Shown: positions 26,412 through 39,992, numbered from the stretch's first letter. The stretch: 64,000 bases of DNA from Trichosphaerium sp. ATCC 40318 (GCA_038496445.1 JALMLS010000123.1:1-64000), one strand, 5' to 3'. Notes: generated by a model from the letters alone, not told the origin. Made by a program: numbers and translations.

Positions 26412-27115
26412 TATACATTTTAAAAAAAGCATGATACAAAAGTAAAAACAGGTTTTTAACTGCACCTGCATCGACTGTGATATCTCAACGCATACTAACT
26501 ATGTGATCAACGTGATTTAGAAAAAAAACAGTGTAACACGTGCTATTACAACAAAAGCTGTATTATTACTTACTACACGTGAAAAAGTACAAAAATAACG
26601 TGGTGTGAAAACTAGGCAAGCTTTCGCCACGTAGGTGGGGTGCACTACACAACATAATTAGCCTATACCTAGCTTTTTAGAGCAGATAGTTTTTTTGGGG
26701 TGCTAAGAACGAGAGATACAGTTTTTTAATACAAATCTAAAACTGAAGATTACTATGCCTCTATCATGATCTTCATCTTCCAACTACTTTAAAGTGCACA
26801 GATATCTGTGGCTTTGAAAAAGATAGAGAAGTACCAAATAGCAATGTAACCAGTCATACACGCGAGCAAAATCCTAGTTTAATGCATCGGGGTATCTTCG
26901 GATAAACTCTAGTGATTGGTTTAGCACGGAAACTCCCGGAACACAAGTAATAAGTATTTGTTAATGCACTAGAATACTATGTTACAGCTTCAAAGCACGC
27001 AAAAAGCGAAGAAAAGAAATCTCGTTTATCCTTTTGAGCAAAAGTTGTGCACACAACTTATGTGTCTCTAATTCAATTCTAACAAGCTGCATCCCTAGCA
27101 AGCACGTCGCAAATA

Positions 27116-27743
27116 ATGAAGCTTCTTATTCTCTCATTACTATTAACTGTACGTAAGATACAACTGTAACATGAACAGTTATCTCACGTTTCTTCTAAAA
27201 ATAGGTATGTTTGGCACAAACCTATCCTGCACGTAGGCGTAGCATGGACCCTGAAATTGATGACTGTAAACCTCTAACGTATGATCTCAGGAGTATTCAA
27301 GGCAATTGGGCACTTTCTCTACAAGGTGCTTTTTTCGATGGTACGTGGTGACATTGAAGAAAAAAACACCTTGTGCTAAACAAATACAAGGTTCCAACCA
27401 TTTCTTCTATGGTAACGGTATAATCTACTTTGATGGGTTGGGTGGATGTACAGGAAAGGACAACGTCCTTGTGGCAAGTGCAGATGCCGCGATTACTGCT
27501 GAATTTATAGGATACACAACATGTTCGTATAGCGTCAATCCAGGTACTTTGACAGGTTTTTAGACATCATGAACTTAACTTTCTTTTTTAGATGGCACAG
27601 CGATTTTGCAATTCACTAAAGCTGATGGTGGTAGTTTTAGTGACAACATCATCATTATTAACAAGAATTACATGACATCGTCCAGAAGAATGAGTTCCGA
27701 CCCTGGAGATGCTTGGGTTGCAGAATTCAAACGCCGTGGATAA
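27116..27743 (+). CDS. Small secreted beta-rich protein of unknown function
   Basis: Signal peptide MKLLILSLLLTVCLA, then SIQGNWALSLQG..GNGIIYFDGLGGCTGKD..CSYSVNPDGTA, ending FKRRG-TAA. Confidence 0.7.
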
Positions 27744-27812
27744 TTGCGTTTTTGGTTACAAAACTGTACCATACACAATCTCAATAAAATTGATATGTAG
27801 TGTTTTTCAGTT

Positions 27813-30404
27813 TTAAAAGTTTTCTTTATGATACACAAATTTTGCACCATTGGCTGAGTTGGTGTATTTACAACATTTGTTATATAGAGTTTTCGATAGT
27901 ATAGGAGGTCCGCAAAAGAAACACCCTATTTTTGTGTTGTCATGAGATGCACCGATTCTCTTAAACACCTAATAAAGTTTTAACAAAATACATCAAGTGT
28001 CCTCATCACGTGACGTGATGAGAACCGATACTTGTGATATTATTTTTCTAGGAAGAGGACGTACTGCATCCCAATTTGGTCTGCCGTAAAGAGTACGTGC
28101 TTGAAGACCAGTCATAACATCAGGAGATTCTTAAAAAATATGTTTAGTCCGGTCGCCATATATACTTTTTGTTTAAGTTGTTACCTTCATCTATTGCCTT
28201 CGCTTCTTTAACCATCAGACTCTTTACTTTATCAACTCTTAATTTAGCTGTTAGATGAATATGTAGCGATAACCAATTGCCAACATTAGCCTCCTCAAGA
28301 TCTATTTTATTAAATAGTCAATGTCATTAAAAGAAATAAAGGATACCTGTTAGTAGCTGACCAAACCATTCGAAACTTGTTGCGTCCCTCGCTATCCAAT
28401 AAAAATACACTTTTTTGTGAGGTATCTGTTGGAAAAACAAGTTAAAAAAAGACGAAAAATGTACTCAATAGGCTTAGTTTTTCCATTGCCAATTGATTAT
28501 TTAAAGTCACAAAACTACTTTCTTACTCTGACAGAGTGACCTGTATTCAATGCTTGATCGATGGCGTGTTTTATACTTTGTAAAATCGATGCAAACGGTG
28601 TTACTTAACAAACAACAAATTAGCATTCATTTCACTACTTTTTTTGCATACCACCGATACCAGCACCTAAAATAACAATGTAAGCAGTTATCTACTTTTC
28701 AAATTACGAAGTATATTTACCTATCAACATGACTGTATCATAGTTAAAAACTTCTTCGCTGGCAGCGCCATACGGTCCTAGGAATAGCAATAAACATCAT
28801 TGTTTTTTTTTACTGAGGTGTACCATCTACCCTAAGTATCGCCTTTCCATTCGGTGCAGTGATGAGATTCCTTTGTATAACTCCATTTTCTACACCATCG
28901 GGGTTTAGAAGCTTTTGTAATTCCTTTGTCCAATCACCAGCAGCCTTAATTTCGAACGAATGATTAATTAAAACGCAAACTCTCGCGTACAAAAAATTAC
29001 CTTTATATGAACGCTTACATACTGCATCTCTGGCGCACTTGTAATTGTGAACGGATGATATTCATGTCTTGCAATATAAGGGCAACTCAAAAACAAATAC
29101 TAGAAAAGTTAACACTCCGTAAAGACAGCAACACCAACTACTTTAATTCGGTTTCGTTTTAAATTACATGAAAAAGGTTGTACCTGGCCAACTTTGTAAT
29201 TAAATTTCTCTTTTTGCAACCTCAACTCAAACACTTTTGAAGGATGCTGTCTTGCCTATTTTGTATTTTTTTTCAGAAAAAATTTATCACGTGATCAATA
29301 TCATTATTACCTCCACTATGATAGTACTCTGAGAACCTCTCAATATTCTTATGCCCCTCTCAATAGCATACATTACAAGAGGCCCAATAGCATATTGCCA
29401 AAACTGTGGTGGCGCAAATAGCTTGGCAAATCCTAAGAACGTTTGAGCTCAAAAAATAAAACAAACAAGAATAAGTCACGTACCATGGGCTATTCCCAAA
29501 CCAAAAAATATAATAAAAAGATGGTGAGTGTACCAAAATACCTCAAATCCAGGCTTTCTGACATGCTCATGAGCGGTGGTGTACATGAATACCATGACAA
29601 TAACCAACACAACACCTTTTTCGATATTATTTTAAAGTGCGAAGAGTATTACTTGCCTGTTGCTCCAGGCAACGTTAAAAATAGCAGATACCAATCGCTT
29701 GGCACTGATTCAAATCCCAAGTGAGCAAGATTCGCTTCAGTCGTCTGAGAAACAACACGAAAATTATAGTAATGAGCTCCTCTGCAGCTTTAGTTAATAA
29801 CACCACAGATATATTTCTTAGTACACGTGAAGTGCTGTCATCCACGCAATTGTCCAAGCTACGAATATTTAGCGATTGAACTAGAATAAAATGACCAAGA
29901 TACGTATAAAACGCACCAATATAGCGGTGAAATATGATATTCTAAGCGAAGTGTCAAAAGGTATTCAATCCCAAAATTTTGAGTTACAAAAAAAACGGAA
30001 AGAAACCTACCTTGTCTAGAGGAACCCACATACTTATCCAGCGTACTGATCGAAGCCACGTGATAAAATTACGGCACACAGTTATAAGTACAAGTGCTAT
30101 ATTCAGTTTTATTACTGCTGCAGAAGCACGTGCAAGTATAAGACCCCATCCAAGTAACTCTACACTTTTTCTTGTTCCGTTTGTTGGTGCAAAGTTTTTT
30201 TTTGCGTTTAGTAGATCTACAGGCACTTAGTGGATCACTGTTGTCACCTGGGATTACCAAATATTGTTTTAACGAATAACACGAAGTTTGCAGCAAACCA
30301 AAGAATCATCCAAGCTAGTTTGACACCATCATTAACACAGTACTTTTTAACCTAATAACAGTGAATTCCATCGAATTTGTACGCCGTTTAGCACCTTCCG
30401 CCAT
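27813..30404 (-). CDS. noxA: NADPH oxidase, gp91phox/NoxA-type (no EF hands)
   Basis: ARASAAVIKLN..LITVCRNFITWLR, EYHPFTITSAP (FAD), DGPYGAASE, GAGIGVTPFASIL, GRPNWD, VFFCGP, HKENF-stop. Confidence 0.93.
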
Positions 30405-30808
30405 ACTTTACGCCTTTTTGAGTTCTTAGTTTCTTGTTTTACGTCGTTGTCTACAAGGCGCTCGTATTCGTGTGTGTTGCTTGCGCTAGGAAACTAAGCA
30501 TTTGTAAGAGCTCAAGAGGCATTAGTAAGCGGTTACAGAAGGATCCATCACTTTGTAATCCTACTAAGCTCCTCACGCGTTGTGGTTACCACTTTTAACA
30601 GACTCAAAAATGACTAACATGGCAAGTAATTCACTAAACGGTGAGTGACACTTATTAACGCTCAACTGTTCGCTGCTGAGCCCAGTCAGCGCGTAGTCTA
30701 TCATAACAGTGCACACGATTGTTTAATAACAGTTTGAAAAGCAGTAGAGGGCACGATTTTAGAACAGTCTTTTTTGGTCAGAACTGCCAATCATCTGATT
30801 TAACAACC

Positions 30809-33025
30809 ATGAACGAGGAATACGACGTAATAGTACTTGGTACAGGATTAACTGAGTGCGTTCTCAGCGGTACGTAATTTTAATCTAGTCTTGTGGCAGG
30901 CCGTTAATCGTTATTGGCCATTTAATTGTACAGTGGTTCCAATGCTTACATTTTACATAGGTCTACTATCCGTTGACGGCAAAAAAGTGTTTCACTTGGA
31001 TCGCAATGACTACTACGGCACGCACGTTAGCTTGCCCTCTTTGCTTACAACGAATAGGAGCTGAGTGCGCTTCGCTCGATTTAACTCAATGCTTCAAACG
31101 TTTTTCAGGTACTTACTACCTCGGCCACAGGCTACGCTTCAATTTCTTCGCATTGTATGTTGTTAACAGCCAAAATTAAAATAGATGGCAAAGAACCACC
31201 AGAGAGCTACGGTCCGCCAAGAAAATACCTCATTGACCTTGTACCAAAGTTCTTGATGGCTGAAGGTACGAAAGCACTTTTTTTATCAACTTTGATCGTT
31301 TTCTCCATTACACCGTTTGCGCTGTTAATGTATTTATAAAGGAACACTCGTAAAGATTCTTGTGCACACAGACGTTACAAAATATCTCGAGTTCCAAAGC
31401 GTTGAAGGAAGTTACGTTTCAAAAGCAAGCAAGAAGGATAAAGCCCTAAAAATCCATAAAGTACGTCCACTAAATGCCTCCTGATCTTGCTTCTCATGAT
31501 CACGCTTTTAACCGTATTGTAATAACCCTTTCTAATGGCTATTTTAGGTACCTGCAACAGCAGGAGAGGCTACAAAATCTAAACTTATGGGCATGATTGA
31601 AAAAAAACGCTTCGCTGATTTTCTTAACTTTGCTGATTCTTTCGACCCTGAGAATCCTGAAAAGTCTAAAGGTACTTTAGTTACTTCCCGTACATCACCC
31701 TTTATTAATATTTTATTAAGGTATCAAGAAGGATACATTGACTAAGGACATGCTTAAAAAATACAAATTTGATTCAAACACCATTGATTTCCTTGGACAC
31801 GCACTTGCGCTGTACCGTGATGAGACGTAAGTGGTGTATTTTTTCTGACTGCAAAAAATTGGTTAACCTGTCATTTGGGCCAATAATGTGACGTTATGCT
31901 TACATCTTTTTAACTAGATGGATGGAGCTCCCTGCCACTGAGACTTTGGCACGTGTAAAGTTATATGGTGACTCTCTAGCTGCATACGGAAAATCTCCAT
32001 ACTTGTACCCATTGTACGGATTGGGTGACTTACCTCAAGCGTTTGCAAGGTACCAATTCTAAACTTGGTTTGGTCTAAAAAAATTTCTTTATTTTTTAAC
32101 ACATTGTCTAGACTTTCTTCTGTTCATGGAGGTTTGTACTACTTGCCAAAGAAAGTTGACAAACTTGTCTATGATGACAAGGGACGCGTTTGTGGTATAA
32201 GTTCCGATGGAGAGGTAAAACAATACAGAGATTTTTTTAATAGTTGGCTAAAATGATATTTAGATTGCCAAGTGCAAAGCAGTTATTGGACATCCTTCAT
32301 ACTTTCCTGATAAAGTTAAAAAAGTAGGACAAGTTGTTAGATGTATATGTATACTCGATGGACCTGTACCTAACACCAAAGACGCCAATGGATGCCAAAT
32401 TATTATCCCACAATCCCAAGTAGGACGTAAAAATGGTAAGAGGTCTGATTTTCTTACACAGAGCTAATCTATTGTCATAGATATCTATATATCATGCGTA
32501 TGCTCCACTCACGGTGTTTGCCCTAAAGGAAAATGGATCGCAATCGTTGGTACGTTAGACCTTGGTCATGACGCGTTTTTTTGTCGACATTTGAGACTCT
32601 ATCGCCTTACTATTGCTCTCTATTTTAGCAACTACTGTTGAGACTTCTGAACCAAATGCTGAACTAGAACATGGTATTAACTTCCTTGGAAGCAATGTAT
32701 TAGAGAAATTCTATTACACATCCGATCTATTCGAGGTAAACTTAGTTTTATTTTTATTAGGCTTATTTATTTAAATGTACTAATCCTTTTTTTTTCAGCC
32801 AACCAACGACCCTTCAAAGGATGGTGTATTTATCACCAATTCTATTGATGCTACTACTCATTTTGAGACAATCTCTAAGGACGTTCTACGCGTGTACAAG
32901 GCCTACGCCGGAAAGGTACTAAGCAGCATCAAAAAAAAAATAGAAAATTTTTTTGCTATGGGTTGATAACAGGCTTATTTCTTGCTTAGGAACTCGTATT
33001 GAAACCAAAGAAACAAGAGAGTTAA
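30809..33025 (+). CDS. GDI1: Rab GDP-dissociation inhibitor
   Basis: [71 protein letters not shown]. Confidence 0.96.
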
Positions 33026-33152
33026 GATTATTATTTAATAATTACATACACTACCCATCCCTTCCGGTTGTATAACTTGCTCTTTATGTGTTGTGATTAA
33101 ATGAAATTGTGCTTGCCCCTTTCAACATCTCTTTTTTTGTAGTTTGTTTTTT

Positions 33153-33971
33153 CTAATCTCTGTTTGCACGTGCTTCTTCTTCTGCTTCTTCTATCAATCT
33201 ATGTTCATTGTATTGTCTATGTACCACTCTATTTGTGTACCTAATATAACCCAATTATCAGAAACAAAGACAGTAAACAAACTCTTTCAAATCACGTTTT
33301 TTCCTAAATTATTCTTCAAAAAAACATGTTGCCCTACCAATGTCTGTATTTAAATTGAACCCACAAAGCTAGTGGATTGAATAATATACGACCAAGTAAT
33401 CCTGAAAGACCAGGCTTATATTGGTACTCAATAGAATCCCTGTCGATAAAACAATGAGCTCACTTTTCGAACAAACTCACAACAAAGAAACTTACAGTAA
33501 AATAGCTCCACCTGTAACTCTGTCGCGTTGCCAATGGTGAGAATGCTCCCAAAACAAGAGTGGCCCTAACGAAAATATGTCACGGAAATGTCATTTTGAA
33601 TTTTGGGAAAAACCTTCTTGTAGTGTATCTGTGAAGCCACTTGAGCTACAATTTGAGTAACGACCAGTCCACGTTAATCCCCATGTAGTGAAGCTAACTT
33701 TGTTGCCGTTTTTTACCGGGTCTGCCTGACATTTGGTAAATTCGTATTAACAATGGCGTATGTATCAGCATAGCGTATATTAATCGTTTGGCGCTGTTTC
33801 TACGCGTACAATATTGAATTTAAAGTTCCATGTGATAAAAAACGGTAACATGTCCTGTAGAGCTAGAGGAGTGCTATGAAACCTTGCCACATACTCTACA
33901 GGAGCACTTAAGCTAGATTGGTGGCGAAAGTAATGTATATGTCGTTGTTCATCGATTTTCGAACTTGACAT
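33153..33971 (-). CDS. SRPBCC/polyketide cyclase-like protein
   Basis: SSLSAPVEYVARFHSTPLAL, FTDTLQEGPLLFWEHSHHW, DSIEYQ, FKYRH. This pattern matches SRPBCC domains. Confidence 0.7.
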
Positions 33972-34180
33972 CGCGTTGTGACGCGCCCCGGCGAGTTTAA
34001 ACTCAGTCTAAAATTTTGACTGCACAAGAAGAGTACTTGACACTCAAATATCGTACTACACAATCGAAACAAGGTACGTGATACAGAAATTACAATCAGT
34101 TTCGCTATTGTCAAAAGGTCATTGCAAGAAATTGTAATGGTTTTTTCTATGCTTTTTTTTATTTTACAATTGATGCCTGT

Positions 34181-36182
34181 TCACGCTTCATTTCTATTTC
34201 CTTTAACATTTAGGCTATCGTTATTATCTTCATCTGAAGCTTTACTTTTGTTAGGCAACAATGGATTCGCATCTCGGAAAGTAGGTTGCATTAGGCTGTC
34301 TGCGATCGATACTAAAAAAAAAACAATGAGAAAGTTGCGAACAAGCTACAGAAGTAAAAAAAACGAACCTCTTCCATCGCCATTGAAATACGCCGTGGGT
34401 GTAACTAAAGGCTTAGCATCACAAGGTACAGACACAAAAGGTCTCACATCAGGTCTATAAATGAAATTAATACTGTGCCTTTTTGCACGTGATTATTTTT
34501 TGGGTACCTGTAGTGTAAAATTGTGGCAGCTAAAACAGCTGTATCTCCTGTGTTCCACCAATACGGTATAGGTACAAGTGTTATACCTAATATTCATATT
34601 AGAGTTTTTGTGGTTTTTAATGTTGCTGGGGTTCAACCAGTGTAAACTTGCATTGGAGAAAAAAAGTTCTGACTTTTTATGTTACAAAATTAGCGTACCG
34701 TGTTGTTTGCACTTTGAAAGTTTATCAATATCAGAGGCTTCTTGCACATTAGCAGGAGCAAATTGTTGCGGAAAATCTGAATAGTGTTGGGCGCCTGAGG
34801 TGCACAATAGTTAATCGTGGTGCCTTTAAAAAAGTAACTAAATTAGTGCACCTTGGAACTCCAAAGCAATGTTCAAGCCATGAACGAATACATCAAAAGA
34901 TGACTCTGCTATTTGCAAAGGAAACCCAGGTTCGTATTCTTCTACAACATCAAACATTGGAAGTATTGATTTTGTACAAACAAACATATGCCTAAAACGA
35001 GAATTAAATGAGAAAGAAATTGTTTGGTTTTTTAGAAGTTTTTTCTTACCTTTGTGCTGCCTTCTTGTTGTACTCTCTCAGAGATGCCTCATGATTTTTT
35101 ATTTCTGGGTATGTTTCTGTAATTACACCTGGCCAATAGTTTAATACGCTTGCTCCACCTACATCTTTAATCTGTTGCTTTGAAATACGTAACCAATCCA
35201 AAGGCGATTTGATCTTAAGTGGTTTTTCAATACTCTTTAAAAACGCTGATGCGTTCTTCTGCTCTTGCCAGTACTTTAATGGCCTTCTCTTTAATAAGAG
35301 AGGGTCCCATTCACGTTCCGGATAAAAATAGCGTAACATTTCAATGACACTATCACAAAACATGCTAAAACAAAACTGTTAGCTTCAGAGCTAATCAACT
35401 TTTTTTTGTTTGCAAAGAAAAGTTGATATTGATCTCAGCTTCTTACGCATTCAAAAACTTTGCTCCCATTTCTGTGTTAGCTACCTCAACACGTGAATAT
35501 TCATACCAATCATCAATTTTTTTAATATTAAGCTGTTCTTCAAGCTAAACACAATTACAAAAAAAAACACGTGCTACAATCAAAAAATAACATAAAAACA
35601 ATTGTAAAAACGTACAGCTCTCATACCAATTAAAAGTCCATCAGGTGATCCCCAAAAGAATCGTGGTACTTGGCCTGATTTTGTAAGCTATTTGGTAGTT
35701 GCTGGCTGAAAGTACAAACGTACAAAAGTGCCATGCAACCCAATCGTAATCAGGATACATGTCCTTTAAAAACGCGTACAAAGAAAATCCATAGCGTCTG
35801 ATAGTGGTTAGGCTTTTATACAAGATTGTCTAGAGGTTTAGTACTTGAAAAGGTTAGGCTGCAGCGCCACTGCTTTTTTACGCGATCTTGTGTACCTAGA
35901 GGCTCACTTAGTACGTGTTACAGACATACTGGCTCTACCAGTCGCGAATTTCAGTAATATTTAGTTTTTCTTCAAGCTAAGCGCATTAATTAGTTTGTTG
36001 TAAGCGAATGTCACGTAACTAATATACAAATACGGATTCTGTTAACTCTGAAACTCCAATAACCATTAGGAACGCCTAATGGCAATTACTTACACTCATA
36101 GACCACAATACGCACTATAAAGCAATGCTTTCTTGTTTTCTCTTATTCTAGCCTCGTATCTGTACGCAGATAACGCTCTCAT
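34181..36182 (-). CDS. Trp-rich helical-repeat protein with C-terminal RAP/DUF559-like PD-(D/E)XK domain
   Basis: Repeats (PNGYW, YPDYDWVAWHF, DDWYEYS, KYWQEQKNASAFLKSIEKPLKIKSPLDWLRIS..GGASVL) are followed by FDVFVHGLNIALEFQGAQHY...DIDKLSKCKQHG..LVYIPYWW-like sequence. Confidence 0.75.
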
Positions 36183-36333
36183 GGGCGCAATACAACGTCA
36201 TTACCCATCTAGTGGCAATTACAGTGCTACGTCTAACTTGTAACCGATCACAAAGTCAAACTACTTTCAAATCAAGCAAAATTTTTTGCAAGTCATTTTT
36301 AAGAACCGTTACTAGTTTGCTTTATTTAACAGC

Positions 36334-39151
36334 CTACTTCTTAATGGCAGCATACATTGCGTCAATTTCTTCACGGCATTGTCTGTATACTTCATTACGG
36401 TTCAACTTCATGGCAGCTGTGAGCATTTGATTATCAGGAGTCCATTCAAATGGTACAATGTAAACACCCTTAATGGTTTCGATGGAACGAAGCTTAACAT
36501 TATGTTAGAGAAAAGACACTTTATGGCGGCTAAGAGTGTACGTACTTTTAATTTTTTACCAGTTTGTTGCAATTCCTTTAGGAGGAAGGCTCTAACTTTT
36601 TGGCTTGAGCAAAGACCTTCCCAGTCTTCAGGATCCTGATAAACACAATCAATGATATGAACAAATATAACTCAACGTACAACACCGTTAGCTTTAGCCC
36701 AAATTGTTAACATAGGTTTGGAAGGTTGGACAATTGCAAGTGGATAGTAGTGCATACTATCAGCATAACAACAAACAAGCTCAACGTAGCCGCTGTTACG
36801 GTAAACGGACTCAAGTTTCTCGAGACTAATTGCAAACAGGTAAGCAAAAAAAGAAAAAAAAAACAAGTACAAAAGCAAACGTACGCGATGTATTCACCAT
36901 GTGGAGGCTTGATCAAATTCTTAATTCTGTCGACAATAGATAAGGTACCCTCTTCGTTGATACGGCCAATATCGCCTGTAGCGAACCAACCACCTTCCAA
37001 GAAAGCTTCCTTTCTAAACGAAGTCGTAAGAAAACAATTAAAAAACAACCTACGCTCTACGTACGTTTTCTCAGGGTTCTTGTAGTATCCTTTAGTTACA
37101 GAAGCAGAGCGAATCAAAATTTCTCCCTGGTTATCTTTGCTGAGGTAGTTCATCTTTGGTACATCGCGAAGTTTGATTTCTAAACACAAATCAGCAAATG
37201 ATAAAACCATAAATTAGTACGCACCAGTTGTTGTTAGAGGTCCACCAACACATGAAACGCGAATATCATCTTGCATTTGTGCGGTACCAGAAGAGCAAGT
37301 CTCAGTGAGACCGTAACCCTGGATAAGAGGACATCCAAAGCAACTAGTATGTAAATTTAGACTAAAACCCAACAGAATGTTGAAACTAAACCACGTACAC
37401 ACGAATAAAGTCATGGACTTCAGGTGAAAGAGGAGCACTTCCAGTGATCATACATCTAATACGTCCACCAACACGGTCTTTAAATTTATTAAAAATAAGC
37501 ATGTTCCAGAATGGTGTGTCTACACCAGCGTAGTAAGCGTTCTTCTTTTGGGCAAATGCCATGCTGAACAAGGATTGCGTAATGAAGCCAGATTGCTTGA
37601 TTTTTACCATAATACCCTTTCAAAAATATTAATTTCTCGATACAAAAGCTTTCAGGTACCTGACGGATTTTTTCGTAAATAGTTGGGACAGCAAGGAGGA
37701 GAGTTGGGCTTAGCTCGCGCAAATCACCCTTACATTGACGAACACCAGTATCAGAAAGAGTACGAGGAGACTAGCGGAACATTAGCCAGAAATTCAAAAA
37801 AAGAATTCATACACCGTATCCAAATGGAAGACCATGGTACATTGCTACATTTTCAACAACGAATGCCATAGAGTGAGCAAGAGGGAGGTAATGTAACATA
37901 ACGTCGGTTGCTCTGAAATCGATGACGTCATCCATACCACATACGGAAGCGACAAGATTAGCATGTGTAATCATAACACCCTTTTTAAAAAAAAAGTGAG
38001 TGCCACGTGTCTACGAACAAAAAAAGCGTACCTTTGGGTTACCAGTAGAGCCTGATGTGTACATGATAGCTGCAAGATCTTCTGGCTCTGGTGGGTTTGG
38101 TTTAGTTTTGTTATTAGATCCTAATTCGAGCACGTCGTTGAAAGAAATTACTTTCACTCCAGATTCTTCAAGACTTTTCTTTGCGGCAGCATTTGCCTTG
38201 TTTGGGGTATCATTGTAAATAATCACTTTGATTGAAGGCAATTTATCGTGAAGAGTGTTGAGTTGAGATAGAAGGGATGCATTTGTGAAAATATACTTGA
38301 TTTCACCTTGATCGAGTGCGTAGAGCAAAGCTTCTTGTCCCAAATTGGCGTATACGGTGAAAAGAATAACTCTAATGGCGTAGGCGGCTCTACAAAAAAA
38401 AAAAGAAAACTTGAGCAAAAGTTCTTCTCAAGCGTTTTTAAGTACCTGGCAGCCATAGTCCATTCTGGTCTAGTGTTTTCGTACATGGCTAAGAAGTCTC
38501 CCTTTGCTTTGTTAGCGAAAAAATCAAAATCGTCACAGTACTTCTTTCATGCCGAGAGCTGCTAATCCGCTGGTGAAGTTGGTTACTTTTACACGTATTT
38601 CGCCGTAAGTTTGCCATTCGTAAGGGCCAAGTTGAGGAAAGGTGAAAGTTTTTTTAACACCATCAATAACCTTTTTAATTGACATCAGATTATGCAGCAT
38701 TGCGTAAATAAACATACCTTGACCTCAGAGAAAGTTTTGACCTCTTTTCTGATACCCATGCAATTACGATCAGGATAAGATGTAGAGGCATGTCTGTGGT
38801 ACTGTTAATAAAAAAAGAAACAATTTACCCGCTACGCACTCGAAAATGTCATAAACCGTTCTAATATCCTCCAATCTTGTCTTTACCACGTCAGGAGACA
38901 TGCTGTTACGGTATGGAACACCTTCAAAGAGTTAGAGTAGATCGCAAGCTGATTCCTTTGTCCAACGGTTTTTATTTGGGGCATTCGAAAATAGAAGTTC
39001 TAGTGACTGTACCTTCTCCAGCAACTTTTGTGGCTCCTTTTGAAGGAACGCCGAACTTTTTGGTTCGTTTCTTTGGTGGCAATGGTCTATTGTACCACAT
39101 AGCAGCACCAATGGCGGCTGTGAGACCAACAATTATGTAGAGAGGATCCAT
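36334..39151 (-). CDS. Long-chain acyl-CoA synthetase (AMP-binding)
   Basis: N-terminal TM, IMYTSGSTGNPKG, YLPLAHS, QGYGLTET, GWFATGDIG, IVDRIKNLIK..HGEYIA, LTAAMKLNR. Confidence 0.95.
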
Positions 39152-39276
39152 TGTTACGTATGAGTAATACCAATTGTTGTGACTAAAATTTAACTCGCTT
39201 TTTTTTTCAGTGCAAGAATTTCGCCGATTAATAGAAAACTATTAACAGGTTATTCCTGCTTTTTGAGACAAGCAAC

Positions 39277-39992
39277 ATGTCGCGTAGAACTTACAAACGA
39301 CAACGCCAGACAAGAGTCCGCCGTTCTTTTCAAGATTTTGACAATGAATGGAGAAATGACCATAAATTTAACAACCCACCAGACTATAAAAAAGAATTAA
39401 AGATGAAGAGCAGAATGAAACAATTTCTTGTTAACATAGGTAGAATTGAAACAAATGGTACGCATATTCCATTAACACGCGTATATTTACTCATGTAGGG
39501 CGAATTAGAACGAGTGCTTCCAAAAAGCTCGAACAACAAGAGCAAACTAAAAAGCGAGCGAAGGAAAAGGAAGAATTAGAGTTGAAACAAGCGCAAGAAG
39601 CAAAAACATCAATGGTAACAGCTCAAGCAAAATCTGTACCACGGTCAACTGCAAGCAAAAAGCGTAGAAAGCGCAAGAGGCTGCGCGCAGAGGAAGCAAG
39701 GAAAGAAGCTGCCTACAGCCACACCAAAGACAAAGTGGAATTTGGTGAAATTGCTGATAGGCCACCTACAATTTTAACAGCGCCCAGACTCGCCAAAAAG
39801 CTTGCTGTACATCGCAGTGACTTGCCAGAGTATGATGCTCAAGATTTAGCTAAAGAACGGTCTGAAGAGATGTACAGACAACGTATAGTTACAGCTTATC
39901 GCGTAGCTAAGAGACGCAAGAGGCAAGAAGCAAAACTAGAGAAACCAGATCCAGCAAATGAGGGAAAAATGGAACCAAGTTCGTACTTGTAG
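39277..39992 (+). CDS. Basic coiled-coil nucleolar protein, CCDC137-like
   Basis: Lys/Arg-rich, with DKVEFGEIADRPPTI and RQRIVTAYR motifs. Confidence 0.65.

Noticed and set aside
30870-31917. Shared ATGCTTACAT near the 3' ends of two ~90-nt GDI introns as H/ACA snoRNA boxes
   Set aside because: It fits the local branch-point consensus (CTNAC) at the expected distance from the AG.
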